Below, piece by piece: positions 1-8,117 of a stretch of 47,220 bases of DNA. A program made the position numbers and the translations under genes. Position 1 is the first letter of the stretch. Each line of letters starts with the position of its first letter. This DNA is from Candidatus Arcanibacter lacustris. Its GTDB lineage: Bacteria; Pseudomonadota; Alphaproteobacteria; Rickettsiales; Arcanibacteraceae. A model generated the notes under the pieces. The model made no database searches. It was not told the DNA's origin and worked only from the letters and a program-made list of their open reading frames with translations. The stretch is from positions 1-47,220 of the forward strand of contig JYHA01000087.1 in NCBI GenBank assembly GCA_000970895.1, read 5' to 3'.

Positions 1-84
1 TATAGTGACCCCCTAAATTAGTACCAAAAAAAATTAGTTAATCCGAGTTAATTTATGTTAAAATTAAATTGCAAGGAGAGTAAT

Positions 85-372
85 ATGGTAATGAAGAAAC
101 AATATGATGCAAAATTCAAGGCTAAAATAGCATTGGAATTATTAAAAGAGCAAAAGAGTGTTATAGAGGTAAGTGCCCAATATAAAGTACCACAAACTAA
201 TTTGCATAGTTGGAAAAATAAGCTGGTTGAATCTGCTGTGGAAATTTTTTTACCAGAGGCTGAAAAAAACAAGCAACTAAAAGCAAAAGAGGAGGAAATC
301 AATTTATTACATAAAATTATTGGCGAAATTACGGTTGAAAATAATTTCTTTAAAAAAAAGTTAAAACAATAG
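85..372 (+). CDS. IS3-family transposase OrfA (helix-turn-helix part)
   Basis: ORF track 55..372. The ATG at 85 follows AGGAGAG (75-81). KKQYDAKFKAKIALELLKE...VSAQYKVPQTNLHSWKNK matches the IS3 OrfA HTH pattern and is followed by a coiled-coil/leucine-zipper-like tail. Confidence 0.85.
   Translation: MVMKKQYDAKFKAKIALELLKEQKSVIEVSAQYKVPQTNLHSWKNKLVESAVEIFLPEAEKNKQLKAKEEEINLLHKIIGEITVENNFFKKKLKQ
354..360 (+). promoter_or_regulatory. Programmed -1 ribosomal frameshift heptamer A_AAA_AAG
   Basis: In the OrfA frame the codons are AAA(355-357) and AAG(358-360), preceded by A354. Slipping -1 reads AAA AAA GTT and continues without a stop into OrfB (KKVKTIDYQLKLAMLDP...). A6G is the classical IS3-family slippery motif. 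Confidence 0.75.
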
Positions 373-392
373 ATTACCAGCTGAAATTAGCG

Positions 393-1214
393 ATGCTAGA
401 TCCCTTAGATGAAGAAGTATCTGTTCGTCATCAAGCGAGGCTTTTAGGGGTATGTAGGTCAAAAATATACTATAAACCAATTATTAGTGATGATAATTTT
501 ATAGCTAATGAGATTTTAGAAATTTATGGTAATTCTGATTGTAGATATGGATATAGAAAAATTCATGCATCATTACTAGTTAAGGGATTGATTATTAATA
601 AGAAAAAAATACAAAGAATGATGAAAAATCTAGGATTGCAGGGCTTGTATCCAAAGAAAAAGATTAATACTACCATTAAAAATGAGCTACATAAAATTTA
701 CCCATATTTACTAAAAAATGTAAATATTACAAGGAGTAATCAAGTATGGTGTAGTGATATTACTTATATTTGGGTAGAAAATAAATTTATGTATTTTATA
801 GCTATTATTGATTTACATAGTAGATATATTGTATCATATGGGTTAAGCTATAGTTTAGAGGCTGATTTTTATGTGGAAATACTTAAAAATTCTCTAGTGA
901 CGGCCCGTCCAGAAATATTTAATACTGATCAGGGGAGTCAATTTACAAGCAATGGATTTATTAATATATTAATTGCTAATAAGATTGCAATCAGTATGGA
1001 TCATCAGGGAAGATGCTTTGATAATATTCATGTGGAGCGCTTGTGGCGTACTGTAAAGCAGGAGGCTGTTTATTATTACAAACCAGAAACTGTAGCAGAA
1101 TTAGAAAAAGTACTTAATGAATTTGTAATATGGTACAATAATGAAAGGATTCATCAAGCTTTATTGTACAAAACACCAAGGGAAGTTTATTATGGCATGA
1201 AAAAAAGTGATTAA
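393..1214 (+). CDS. IS3-family transposase OrfB (rve/DDE integrase core), probably expressed as an OrfAB fusion
   Basis: DDE contexts WCSDITYI, FNTDQGSQFTS and VERLWRTVKQE. This frame is already open from 354, which is -1 relative to OrfA. Confidence 0.9.
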   Translation: MLDPLDEEVSVRHQARLLGVCRSKIYYKPIISDDNFIANEILEIYGNSDCRYGYRKIHASLLVKGLIINKKKIQRMMKNLGLQGLYPKKKINTTIKNELHKIYPYLLKNVNITRSNQVWCSDITYIWVENKFMYFIAIIDLHSRYIVSYGLSYSLEADFYVEILKNSLVTARPEIFNTDQGSQFTSNGFINILIANKIAISMDHQGRCFDNIHVERLWRTVKQEAVYYYKPETVAELEKVLNEFVIWYNNERIHQALLYKTPREVYYGMKKSD

Positions 1215-1216
1215 AA

Positions 1217-1257
1217 AGGGCGGCTCCAAAAAAGATGATCTTTTCTGGAGCCGCCCT
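1217..1257 (+). terminator. Long GC-rich hairpin just after the transposase stop (terminator-like), with a partial second copy at 1266-1298
   Basis: AGGGCGGCTCCA (1217-1228) pairs with TGGAGCCGCCCT (1246-1257). The loop is itself palindromic (AAAAGAT G ATCTTTT) and the hairpin is followed by ATTTTGT. GGGGCGGCTCC plus GGAAAAGATAATCTTTTTTCC recurs at 1266-1298. Confidence 0.5.
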
Positions 1258-1351
1258 ATTTTGTAGGGGCGGCTCCGGAAAAGATAATCTTTTTTCCCAA
1301 AGGTGAAAAAAACGGATTAACTTTTAAAAAATGGTTTGACAAATGGGGTCA

Positions 1352-1678
1352 CTATATAGTGCCAGTGCCACTGCATGCAACCGGTGTGTCGAGGCATCCA
1401 TCCATATATCCGACTTTTCCATTTCCATCTCCATTATTTGCCCCTACTATAAACGAGCTGGCATTGTTAAAATCCCCTGGTATAGCATTGTAACCGTACT
1501 TGCTAGAAAAAATAGTCAATGCCGATCTATAGCTAGAAATTTGATTTACTAAGGATCTAGCGTTAGCCGCTTCTATTAAAGATTGACCAACTAATATTCC
1601 ACCTATTAACAAGCCAATTATAACCATCACTATGGAAAGTTCAATTAAGGTGAAGCCTCCATTTTTTGATCTAAACAT
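1352..1678 (-). CDS. Type IV pilin / pseudopilin-like protein (prepilin N-terminal methylation domain); native 3' end replaced by the IS
   Basis: N-terminus MFRSKNGG/FTLIELSIVMVIIGLLIGGIL is the prepilin peptidase cleavage/methylation motif plus a hydrophobic helix. A C-terminal Cys pair is present (CLDTPVAC). The last sense codon and the stop (1352-1357) lie in or across the right IR of the IS. Confidence 0.8.
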   Translation of the reverse strand: MFRSKNGGFTLIELSIVMVIIGLLIGGILVGQSLIEAANARSLVNQISSYRSALTIFSSKYGYNAIPGDFNNASSFIVGANNGDGNGKVGYMDGCLDTPVACSGTGTI

Positions 1679-3298
1679 TTAAACTGTATCCTTTATAGTC
1701 TGGAAGAAGGTTTTAACCTCGCTATCGAGCGATGTAGATAATTCAGATATGATTTGCACTGCATCGTTTAATTGCTCTGAAGCGCCTTCTACATCGCCAA
1801 AAGAATCGCCCACATCTCTAACATCAGAAGATACTTCTTTGACCGAGGTAGCAAAGCTATCCATGGTTTTAGACATTTCTTTAGTAGCCATCTCTTGTTC
1901 TTTAATTGCGTTGGCAATTTGATTAAATACATCTTTAATGAGATTTACTGAAGTTTTAACAGGATTTAAATAAGTTACCACATCCATACTGGCTTTATCA
2001 ATGGCCCTAACCTGCACGTAAATATTTTTAGTAGATTCTTCTGTCTGGCAAGCAAGATCCTTAATTTCGGTTGCTACAACTGCAAAGCCCTTGCCGTATT
2101 CTCCAGCTCTTTCAGCCTCAATTGCTGCATTTAAGGATAGTAATTTCACATGTTTAGAAATATTATCGATTGCTTCGATAATGGCGGTTATTTTTTTGGT
2201 TTCATTGATTAATTCTTGGATAATTTTATCAATAGCTTCAGTTTTTTTAACCGCATCAACAAAACTCTCGTTACTACTCATCATATTACGATTGATATCT
2301 TGAATTGATGCTGACATCTGAACTATAGCTGATGCTACCATTTGCGTTTCTTGGTTCATTTTATCGGCATTATCAACCGTTCTAACCGATTTTTCAGAAG
2401 AAACCATCACGGTGTTTTTCATACTATCTGAAATACTATCAAGACCCATACAAGAACTACTTAAAGCTTCGAAGGATCTAACAATTTTTTTCTGGAAACC
2501 ACCAATAATTTTATCAATTATCTCTTGTCTTTGTAATTTTTCCTTAGCATCTGCTTCTTTTTCTAATTCTATGCTCTTAATGGCATTGTCCTTAAAGATA
2601 TTTAGTGCATAAGCCATTCTGCCAATTTCATCATCCCTAGTTAAAAAAGGTATTTCAATGTTGGTAATTCCAGATGCTAATTCATTCATAGCATGAGTAA
2701 TTCTTATAATAGGTTTGGTTACGATAATTCTAAGTAATGTACCAAGCAGTATAATCATGAAGCTTTGCATGACTATTACCACCCATAATAAATTACTTGC
2801 GCTTTCGCTAACTTTTCCTAAAACATTCTCCTTGCTCCAAGATATCTCTAAATAACCCACCACATTATTATCTGCTTTGATTTCTTTGATTAATACATAA
2901 TGATCTGGTAAGTCAAATTTTGTAGTATTTTGATCGATGTTTTTAAAATTATTCCATAAGGAGGCTAAATCTGCTTTAGGAAAATTACTAGATTCATAGC
3001 TACTTAATTGATTGTTAGCAGTATCATATATTGTTATAGCGCTGACTATTGAATTTGGATCTTCAACCAAATCCTTATAAGATAATTTAATATTATCAGA
3101 ATTTTTTGTTCTTACTCCGTCAGATAGTTGTTTATCTAGCATAGAAGTTATAGATGTGACATTGGTTGTAAAATCCAATAGCATATCTTTTTTCTGCTGG
3201 TGGATTTGAAATGCACTCAAAATAAAAAAGCCAGTTGCTAAGCTTATTATCAATGCCGTGATAATTTTTGCATTTAAATATTTAATTTTAAATTTCAT
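1679..3298 (-). CDS. Methyl-accepting chemotaxis protein (two TM segments, HAMP, MA signalling domain)
   Basis: The ORF track extends to 3337, but MKFKIKYL at 3298 follows TAAGG and starts the first TM segment. HAMP-like [23 protein letters not shown]...[13 protein letters not shown]. Conserved signalling hairpin [32 protein letters not shown]. The stop directly abuts the pilin ATG (TAAATG). Confidence 0.9.
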   Translation of the reverse strand: MKFKIKYLNAKIITALIISLATGFFILSAFQIHQQKKDMLLDFTTNVTSITSMLDKQLSDGVRTKNSDNIKLSYKDLVEDPNSIVSAITIYDTANNQLSSYESSNFPKADLASLWNNFKNIDQNTTKFDLPDHYVLIKEIKADNNVVGYLEISWSKENVLGKVSESASNLLWVVIVMQSFMIILLGTLLRIIVTKPIIRITHAMNELASGITNIEIPFLTRDDEIGRMAYALNIFKDNAIKSIELEKEADAKEKLQRQEIIDKIIGGFQKKIVRSFEALSSSCMGLDSISDSMKNTVMVSSEKSVRTVDNADKMNQETQMVASAIVQMSASIQDINRNMMSSNESFVDAVKKTEAIDKIIQELINETKKITAIIEAIDNISKHVKLLSLNAAIEAERAGEYGKGFAVVATEIKDLACQTEESTKNIYVQVRAIDKASMDVVTYLNPVKTSVNLIKDVFNQIANAIKEQEMATKEMSKTMDSFATSVKEVSSDVRDVGDSFGDVEGASEQLNDAVQIISELSTSLDSEVKTFFQTIKDTV

Positions 3299-3374
3299 TG
3301 CCTTATTCGCTTTAACCAAGTTAAATAGACTCAACAAAGATTATTATAAATAGTTTGTATTAAATTTTTATTAA

Positions 3375-3788
3375 TTAAATGATTGCAAAAATCTGATTTT
3401 TCAATAATTCCAACGAATATTTGCCATTAGTTGCAGCAAATATCGTATCATCCCCCGCTATGGTGCCTAAAATCCCTTTAAGTGATTCTTTTTGTCTGTC
3501 TATTTTGGAGGCAATAGCAGAGGCATTGCCTGGTTGGGTGTGGATGATTAGCATGTTGGGAGGGGATAGATCAATATGTTTGATTAAGTTGGATGATGTT
3601 TTTATTGCTAGAATTTGATATTTTCCTTCGCGCTTGATGATATTTAGTTTTTTCAGTCGCCTTGATAGGTTGGATTGGATAAGGCTGATCCCTGCTTGTG
3701 CTAAATATTTGATAATATCTTGTTGCTCATAACAATTTTCTTTTTCTATAATTATTAAAATATTTTTATCAATTTCTATAGATTTCAT
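3375..3788 (-). CDS. argR: Arginine repressor ArgR
   Basis: N-terminal winged-helix pattern (QQDIIKYLAQAGISLIQSNLSRRLKKLNIIK) and the C-terminal oligomerisation/arginine-binding signature ILGTIAGDDTIF. Confidence 0.85.
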   Translation of the reverse strand: MKSIEIDKNILIIIEKENCYEQQDIIKYLAQAGISLIQSNLSRRLKKLNIIKREGKYQILAIKTSSNLIKHIDLSPPNMLIIHTQPGNASAIASKIDRQKESLKGILGTIAGDDTIFAATNGKYSLELLKNQIFAII

Positions 3789-3805
3789 AAATTATCCTTG
3801 ATTTA

Positions 3806-3870
3806 TTGCATATAATCTCATATATTAGCATATATCTATAAATATGCAAGCAACAAAGGAATATATGCAA
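3806..3870. promoter_or_regulatory. Candidate ArgR operator: four phased GCATAT half-sites in the argR/transporter divergent region
   Basis: TTGCATATAA (3806-3815) and TAGCATATAT (3826-3835) are direct copies about 21 bp apart. The inverted copies ATATGCAA lie at 3842-3849 and 3863-3870, exactly 21 bp apart. TGCATATAATCTCA (3807-3820) matches 10 of 14 positions of the E. coli ARG-box core TGAATAAAAATTCA as I recall it. Confidence 0.35.
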
Positions 3871-5250
3871 ATAATAATGAGGGTTATGATCGGGTTGGTT
3901 TTATCTCTATCGGGATGTGGGGAAGAATCTGGCAATAATAATATCATCAAAATTGGAGTGTCGCCTGACTACCCACCTTTTGAATTTAAAAAAGATGGCC
4001 AGTTATCTGGCTTTGATATTGATTTAGCTAGATTAATTGGAAGGGAGCTGGGTAAGGAAGTTAAATTTGCTGAAATGGAATTTAATAGCATTTTGGCTTC
4101 TTTAAATAATGATCATATTGATGCTGGGATTTCTGCAATTACAGTTACTGATGAGCGTCGGAAGAGTTTTGATTTTTCTGATATTTATCATTTCGCAAGT
4201 CTTGCTGCTATTTATAAAAAAGAACATCCTATTAACAATAAAGATGATTTGATGGGTAAGAAAGTAGCATGTCAACTTGGTACTACCATGGAGATTTGGC
4301 TAAAAAACAACGTAACTTCAGCGCGTATAATTACCTTTGATAATAATAATCAAGCTATAGAATCGCTAAAATCTGGCTATTCTCAATCAGTTATTATCGA
4401 TGCTGATCAAGCAAAATCATTTGCTCTGAATAATCCAGAACTTAGCTATCAAATTATTGCCAAAGCTGATGATGGGTTTGTAGTGGCTCTAAAGAAAAAT
4501 TCGGATCTCACTAAAGATATTAATGAGGCGCTTAAAAAACTAATAGCTAATGGTGAGGTAGAAAAGCTAGAAGAAAAATGGTTGAGTGGATCGAAAGAGC
4601 CTAATGAAAGCAGCTTTAGTAAGGAAGATATATTATTTATTGGTTCTGGGATGTTATTGTCCTTAGAGCTTATGTTCGGTGGGATTATAATTGGCATGGT
4701 CTTTGGGGTGATAATTTCAGTATTAAGAGCTAAAAAAATCGCACTAATTGTAATTAATCGTTTTATATCAATAATCAGGGGCACCCCCTTAATCCTGCAA
4801 TTAAGCTTCTTTTTCTTTGCTTTTCCAGGAATTACAGGCATTAAGCTGAGTATTGCCACTGCTGGTATTATTACTTTTGGTCTTAATAGTTCAGCTTATA
4901 TTGCAGAGATTCTTCGTTCAGGAATTGAGAGTTTGCCTAAGGGGCAGTTTGAGGCTGCTAAAACCTTGCAAATCAAAACCATACCAATGTGGCGTGATAT
5001 TATCTTGCCACAAGTATTTCGTAATGTCTTGCCATCTTTAACTAGTGAATTAATTACTTTGCTTAAAGAAACGGCCCTAATCAGTACGATAGGTGGTATG
5101 GATTTGATGAGAAGAGCGCAATCAGTAGCATCAGAACAATTTACTTATTTCCTGCCACTCTCTGTTGCTGCTATTTATTATTATAGCTTGGTGTTACTAA
5201 TTGAATATATTGGAAAAAAAATAGAGGGGAAATATGCTTACAATAAATAA
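3844..5250 (+). CDS. Fused amino-acid ABC transporter: periplasmic binding domain plus permease domain
   Basis: Lipoprotein-type signal (VLSLSGCG). The N-terminal half is a family-3 solute-binding protein (IKIGVSPDYPPFEFKKDGQLSGFDIDLARLIG...). The C-terminal half is a His/Glu/Gln/Arg-type permease (EAAKTLQIKTIPMWRDIILPQ is the EAA loop). An alternative start at 3865 follows AAAGGA. Confidence 0.85.
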   Translation: MQATKEYMQIIMRVMIGLVLSLSGCGEESGNNNIIKIGVSPDYPPFEFKKDGQLSGFDIDLARLIGRELGKEVKFAEMEFNSILASLNNDHIDAGISAITVTDERRKSFDFSDIYHFASLAAIYKKEHPINNKDDLMGKKVACQLGTTMEIWLKNNVTSARIITFDNNNQAIESLKSGYSQSVIIDADQAKSFALNNPELSYQIIAKADDGFVVALKKNSDLTKDINEALKKLIANGEVEKLEEKWLSGSKEPNESSFSKEDILFIGSGMLLSLELMFGGIIIGMVFGVIISVLRAKKIALIVINRFISIIRGTPLILQLSFFFFAFPGITGIKLSIATAGIITFGLNSSAYIAEILRSGIESLPKGQFEAAKTLQIKTIPMWRDIILPQVFRNVLPSLTSELITLLKETALISTIGGMDLMRRAQSVASEQFTYFLPLSVAAIYYYSLVLLIEYIGKKIEGKYAYNK

Positions 5251-5887
5251 TGTTAGTAAGGCTTTTGCTGATCATCAAATTTTAAAAAACATCAATTTAA
5301 CTATTGATACTGGTACTATTGTGGGTCTTGCAGGGCCTTCTGGTGGTGGAAAATCAACATTACTTAGAATCATTCAAAAATTAGAAACCATAGATCGTGG
5401 TGACATTAGTTATGATCATAAAGTTGGTTTTATGTTCCAGGATTTTCAACTTTTTCCTCATATGAATGTTTTTGAAAACTTATCTTATGCTCCTAAACAA
5501 GTAAATAAAAGCACGAGTTATCATGCTGAAATTGATGATCTTTTGAATAAATTGGGGATGATTGATAAAAAATATTTCTATCCTCAAAAATTATCAGGGG
5601 GACAAAAGCAAAGGGTGGCACTTGCAAGAAGCTTAATGATGAAACCTGATTTGTTATTATGTGATGAACCTACCTCAGGTTTGGATGTGGCAACTATTGA
5701 TGATATTGTAGATTTACTAAAATCAGTTTGTAACGATAAAATGACTATGATTATTGCATCTCATGATCTAGATTTTTTAAGCAAAATAGCAGATCGTATT
5801 ATTGTTTTAAAAGATGGGTCAATTGCAGCTGATATTAAAACTTCTGAAGATGAAGATATAGTGGCGAGTTTAAAGAAACTATATTAG
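5234..5887 (+). CDS. Amino-acid ABC transporter ATP-binding protein
   Basis: Walker A GPSGGGKST, signature LSGGQKQRVALARS, Walker B LLLCDEPTSGLD. It overlaps the permease gene by 17 nt. Confidence 0.9.
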   Translation: MLTINNVSKAFADHQILKNINLTIDTGTIVGLAGPSGGGKSTLLRIIQKLETIDRGDISYDHKVGFMFQDFQLFPHMNVFENLSYAPKQVNKSTSYHAEIDDLLNKLGMIDKKYFYPQKLSGGQKQRVALARSLMMKPDLLLCDEPTSGLDVATIDDIVDLLKSVCNDKMTMIIASHDLDFLSKIADRIIVLKDGSIAADIKTSEDEDIVASLKKLY

Positions 5888-5892
5888 ACTTA

Positions 5893-5969
5893 TGGGGCGA
5901 GCGACGGGTCTCGAACCCGCGACAACCAATACCACAAACTGGGGCTCTACCAACTGAGCTACGCCCGCC
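5893..5969 (-). tRNA. tRNA-His (anticodon GTG) with genome-encoded G-1, discriminator C73 and encoded CCA
   Basis: Reverse complement is G-GCGGGCG-TA-GCTC-AGTTGGTA-GAGC-C-CCAGT-TTGTGGT-ATTGG-TTGTC-GCGGG-TTCGAGA-CCCGT-CGCTCGC-C-CCA. It folds into a cloverleaf with anticodon GTG and an extra 5' G opposite C73. Confidence 0.92.
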
Positions 5970-6020
5970 ATAAGCAAACAAGTTAAGACAACCTAGAATA
6001 ATCCTTTCGTAAAGTCAATA

Positions 6021-6575
6021 TTATTTTTTCTTAAAAGCAGATGGAATCTGTAATAAAGCAAAAATCATAGTCAATGGTATCATGCCAAAAACCTTGAACT
6101 TGATCCAGAAATCTTCAGATAAATTGCGCCAAATTAATTCATTTAAGATGGCTAGTGCTAGAAAAAACACCGCCCATCTAAGGGATATTTTTAGCCATTC
6201 TTTATCGCTTAATTCTATCATTTCGCCATAAATATATTTGGCCAAGCCTTTTTTAAATGCCGCCCCTCCAAAAAGAGCTATAGAAAAAATTAAGTTTATC
6301 ACTGTAACTTTCATCTTAATGAAGCTAGCATCTTTGGTGTAGATTGTAATGCCTCCAAAGATGACTAGCAATAAGCATGATACTGTTGAAACAGTGACTA
6401 TCTTCTTTTCATGCTTATATTTAATGCAAGTGGCAATGATAGTGGTGATGACTAAGCTTCCGGTTGCCCAGATCATGCCCTTATATTTATATAGGGCAAA
6501 AAATAGTAAAATTGGTATAATTTCTGTCAGTAATTTTGTAGTTGATTGTTTATCCGCCTGAGGTTGGTTTGTCAC
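6021..6575 (-). CDS. yciB: Inner-membrane septation protein A family (YciB/IspZ-like)
   Basis: About 180 aa with five hydrophobic segments. The start LLTEIIPILLFFALYKY... and the overall layout fit YciB. Recognised by pattern only. Confidence 0.6.
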   Translation of the reverse strand: MTNQPQADKQSTTKLLTEIIPILLFFALYKYKGMIWATGSLVITTIIATCIKYKHEKKIVTVSTVSCLLLVIFGGITIYTKDASFIKMKVTVINLIFSIALFGGAAFKKGLAKYIYGEMIELSDKEWLKISLRWAVFFLALAILNELIWRNLSEDFWIKFKVFGMIPLTMIFALLQIPSAFKKK

Positions 6576-7098
6576 TCTTTGTCTCGTCCTTTATTTCATT
6601 ATTTTCATCTATTGTTTCTTCGGAAGTTTCTAAATATTCTTCACCTAATTCATCTGAAGTTTCATCAAGATTTTCTAAAGATTCATCACTCTCTCCTTCT
6701 GGAGTTTCTAAGAGTTCATCGGTTAATTCTTCAGAATCTTCTAAAGATTCATCACTCAATTCATCCAATGTTTCTTCAGGAGCATCTGTATCTTCTTCTC
6801 CTAATTCTTCTTCTGCATTTTCATCATTTTCCTCTGAAGCTTCTTCAGATTCTTGTTGTTGTGCTGCTCCTAAAGCATATACACATAATTCTTCAAAAGA
6901 AACATTATTTTTTTCAGATAAATCTTTTAATTTTGCTACGCTATCCATCACATTGGCAGGAATTGTTCCACCCCTCTCGCGAGATAACCAATCTGCTTGA
7001 AAATGCAAAGGATGATGCTTTGGCTCTGGATCTCCAATATAAATTGTAAATGGTGATTGTACGCCATTAAAATCACAAGGTATTGAAAATTTTTTCAT
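6550..7098 (-). CDS. DUF2610-like conserved alphaproteobacterial protein with a long acidic repetitive tail
   Basis: The N-terminal 80 aa (MKKFSIPCDFNGVQSPFTIYIGDPEPKHHPLHFQADWLSRERGGTIPANVMDSVAKLKDLSEKNNVSFEELCVYALG) match the DUF2610 pattern as I recall it. The remaining roughly 100 aa are almost entirely E/D/S/L/T. Confidence 0.6.
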   Translation of the reverse strand: MKKFSIPCDFNGVQSPFTIYIGDPEPKHHPLHFQADWLSRERGGTIPANVMDSVAKLKDLSEKNNVSFEELCVYALGAAQQQESEEASEENDENAEEELGEEDTDAPEETLDELSDESLEDSEELTDELLETPEGESDESLENLDETSDELGEEYLETSEETIDENNEIKDETKSDKPTSGG

Positions 7099-7171
7099 AT
7101 AGTCCTCCTGGTCATAATTATATACCCAAAGTCAATCGTGAAGGGTGTAGCTTTCTTATCCTTAAACTCGG

Positions 7172-7426
7172 GGTGGCGCAATTCTAAAAAACAGCCTAAT
7201 AAAATAAAGCGAATATTCTGCGCCGCACGTCATCCTGGAGCGATATTTATCTTTGAAAACGATAAATTGAAGCGATAGGATCCATCTTTAATCTTTTAAC
7301 ACATTGGTTATGCTAGCAATTTTATGGATCCTATCGGTCGATTTTTCTTTTAGAAAAATCTCCCTCCAGGATGACGTGCCACGCGGATGATTAACTTAAA
7401 CGTTCATTATTTAGAAGCGTGCTGCC
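7172..7426. repeat. Composite nested palindromic repeat (family 1, GTCATCCTGGAG type)
   Basis: Core arms CACGTCATCCTGGAG (7226-7240) and CTCCAGGATGACGTG (7364-7378). Inner palindrome CGATAGGATCCAT (7273-7285) and ATGGATCCTATCG (7324-7336). Imperfect outer arms GGTGGCGCAATTCTAA (7172-7187) and TTAGAAGCGTGCTGCC (7411-7426). Positions 7228-7254 are identical to 35748-35774. Confidence 0.85.
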
Positions 7427-7463
7427 CTGTCCAAATTCAAATATATACTATATATTAACATAA

Positions 7464-8093
7464 TTAATAAACTACTAATTTCAAAGAAATCACTAGCAGA
7501 TTATGCGCATTATCTAAAACCTTCTCTTCTATTGTCTCTATATCAACCCCACTTCTTGCTAAATAATCGCTAATAGCTGCTATTCTATCAAGATTTATCC
7601 TTAGCTCAGAATTATTAGATGTTAAGTCGCTTGTTCCTAACATTATTTGAGTGATGATTTTGGTATTTTGTACTTTATGGGACAATAATGTTGCAAGATC
7701 TGACAGAAAAAATTGCTGTAACTCATTAATATCAGAAGATTTATTTGTAAAAAAAGAGCTTGTATCGGTTTTCATTGCTATTGTTAAGCCGTCATTAATT
7801 TCTAATATTTCAAAATTAGTTGGTATGATGTCCAGCATTTTTGTTTTATAAAATAAAGTGATGCCATTGATTGATTGTTGTTTGTTATCCAAAATAATAT
7901 TTTTTGGACGATGACTATTTCCAAAGCTTTGTTTTATGCTTGATATAACTTGAGCTGGATTGCTAGTTTTGTTGGGCTGTACATAATTTAGTAATATAAA
8001 AAATATCAATAAGAAAAAATATAATGATATTTGTAAGGATGAGTAATCCGTCCGGCTTGCTGACTCAATTTCAATGATTTTTTCTTCATGCAT
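7464..8093 (-). CDS. Single-pass membrane protein with MotB/OmpA-like features (divergent)
   Basis: An Asp sits just before the only TM segment (RTDYSSLQISLYFFLLIFFILL), similar to MotB ADFMTAMMAFF. The C-terminal NSELRINLDRIAAISDYLARSGVDIETI resembles the OmpA-like N-x-x-LS-x-x-RA-x-x-V-x-x-YL motif. The call is weak and pattern-based. Confidence 0.35.
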   Translation of the reverse strand: MHEEKIIEIESASRTDYSSLQISLYFFLLIFFILLNYVQPNKTSNPAQVISSIKQSFGNSHRPKNIILDNKQQSINGITLFYKTKMLDIIPTNFEILEINDGLTIAMKTDTSSFFTNKSSDINELQQFFLSDLATLLSHKVQNTKIITQIMLGTSDLTSNNSELRINLDRIAAISDYLARSGVDIETIEEKVLDNAHNLLVISLKLVVY

Positions 8094-8117
8094 GGCAAAT
8101 AGTAAATTTTACATTTA

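Larger units (their letters stand above)
1..1356 (+). mobile_element. Complete IS3-family insertion sequence (two-ORF transposase with -1 frameshift)
   Basis: Terminal inverted repeats: TATAGTGACCCC (1-12) is the exact reverse complement of GGGGTCACTATA (1345-1356). Imperfect similarity continues inward about 45 bp to a shared GTTAATCCG. The repeats enclose an HTH OrfA and a DDE OrfB whose frames differ by -1. Confidence 0.9.

Noticed and set aside
1343-1552. 69-aa plus-strand ORF beginning in the IS right end
   Set aside because: It is antisense to the pilin-like gene, which has a clear prepilin signature. It has no RBS or motif.
2091-2612. Plus-strand ORFs of 66-70 aa inside the MCP gene, and similar antisense ORFs at 4449..4859, 22199..22624, 36902..37276, 42592..42918 and 43871..44176
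   Set aside because: All are antisense to genes with strong family signatures and have no motifs of their own. This is typical of shadow ORFs.
6542-7049. Two long plus-strand ORFs (152 and 167 aa) rich in Ser or Leu/His
   Set aside because: They lie antisense to the poly-acidic tail of the DUF2610-like gene. GAA/GAT-rich coding sequence gives stop-free TTC/ATC-rich frames on the other strand. They have no start context or motifs, so I treat them as compositional artefacts.
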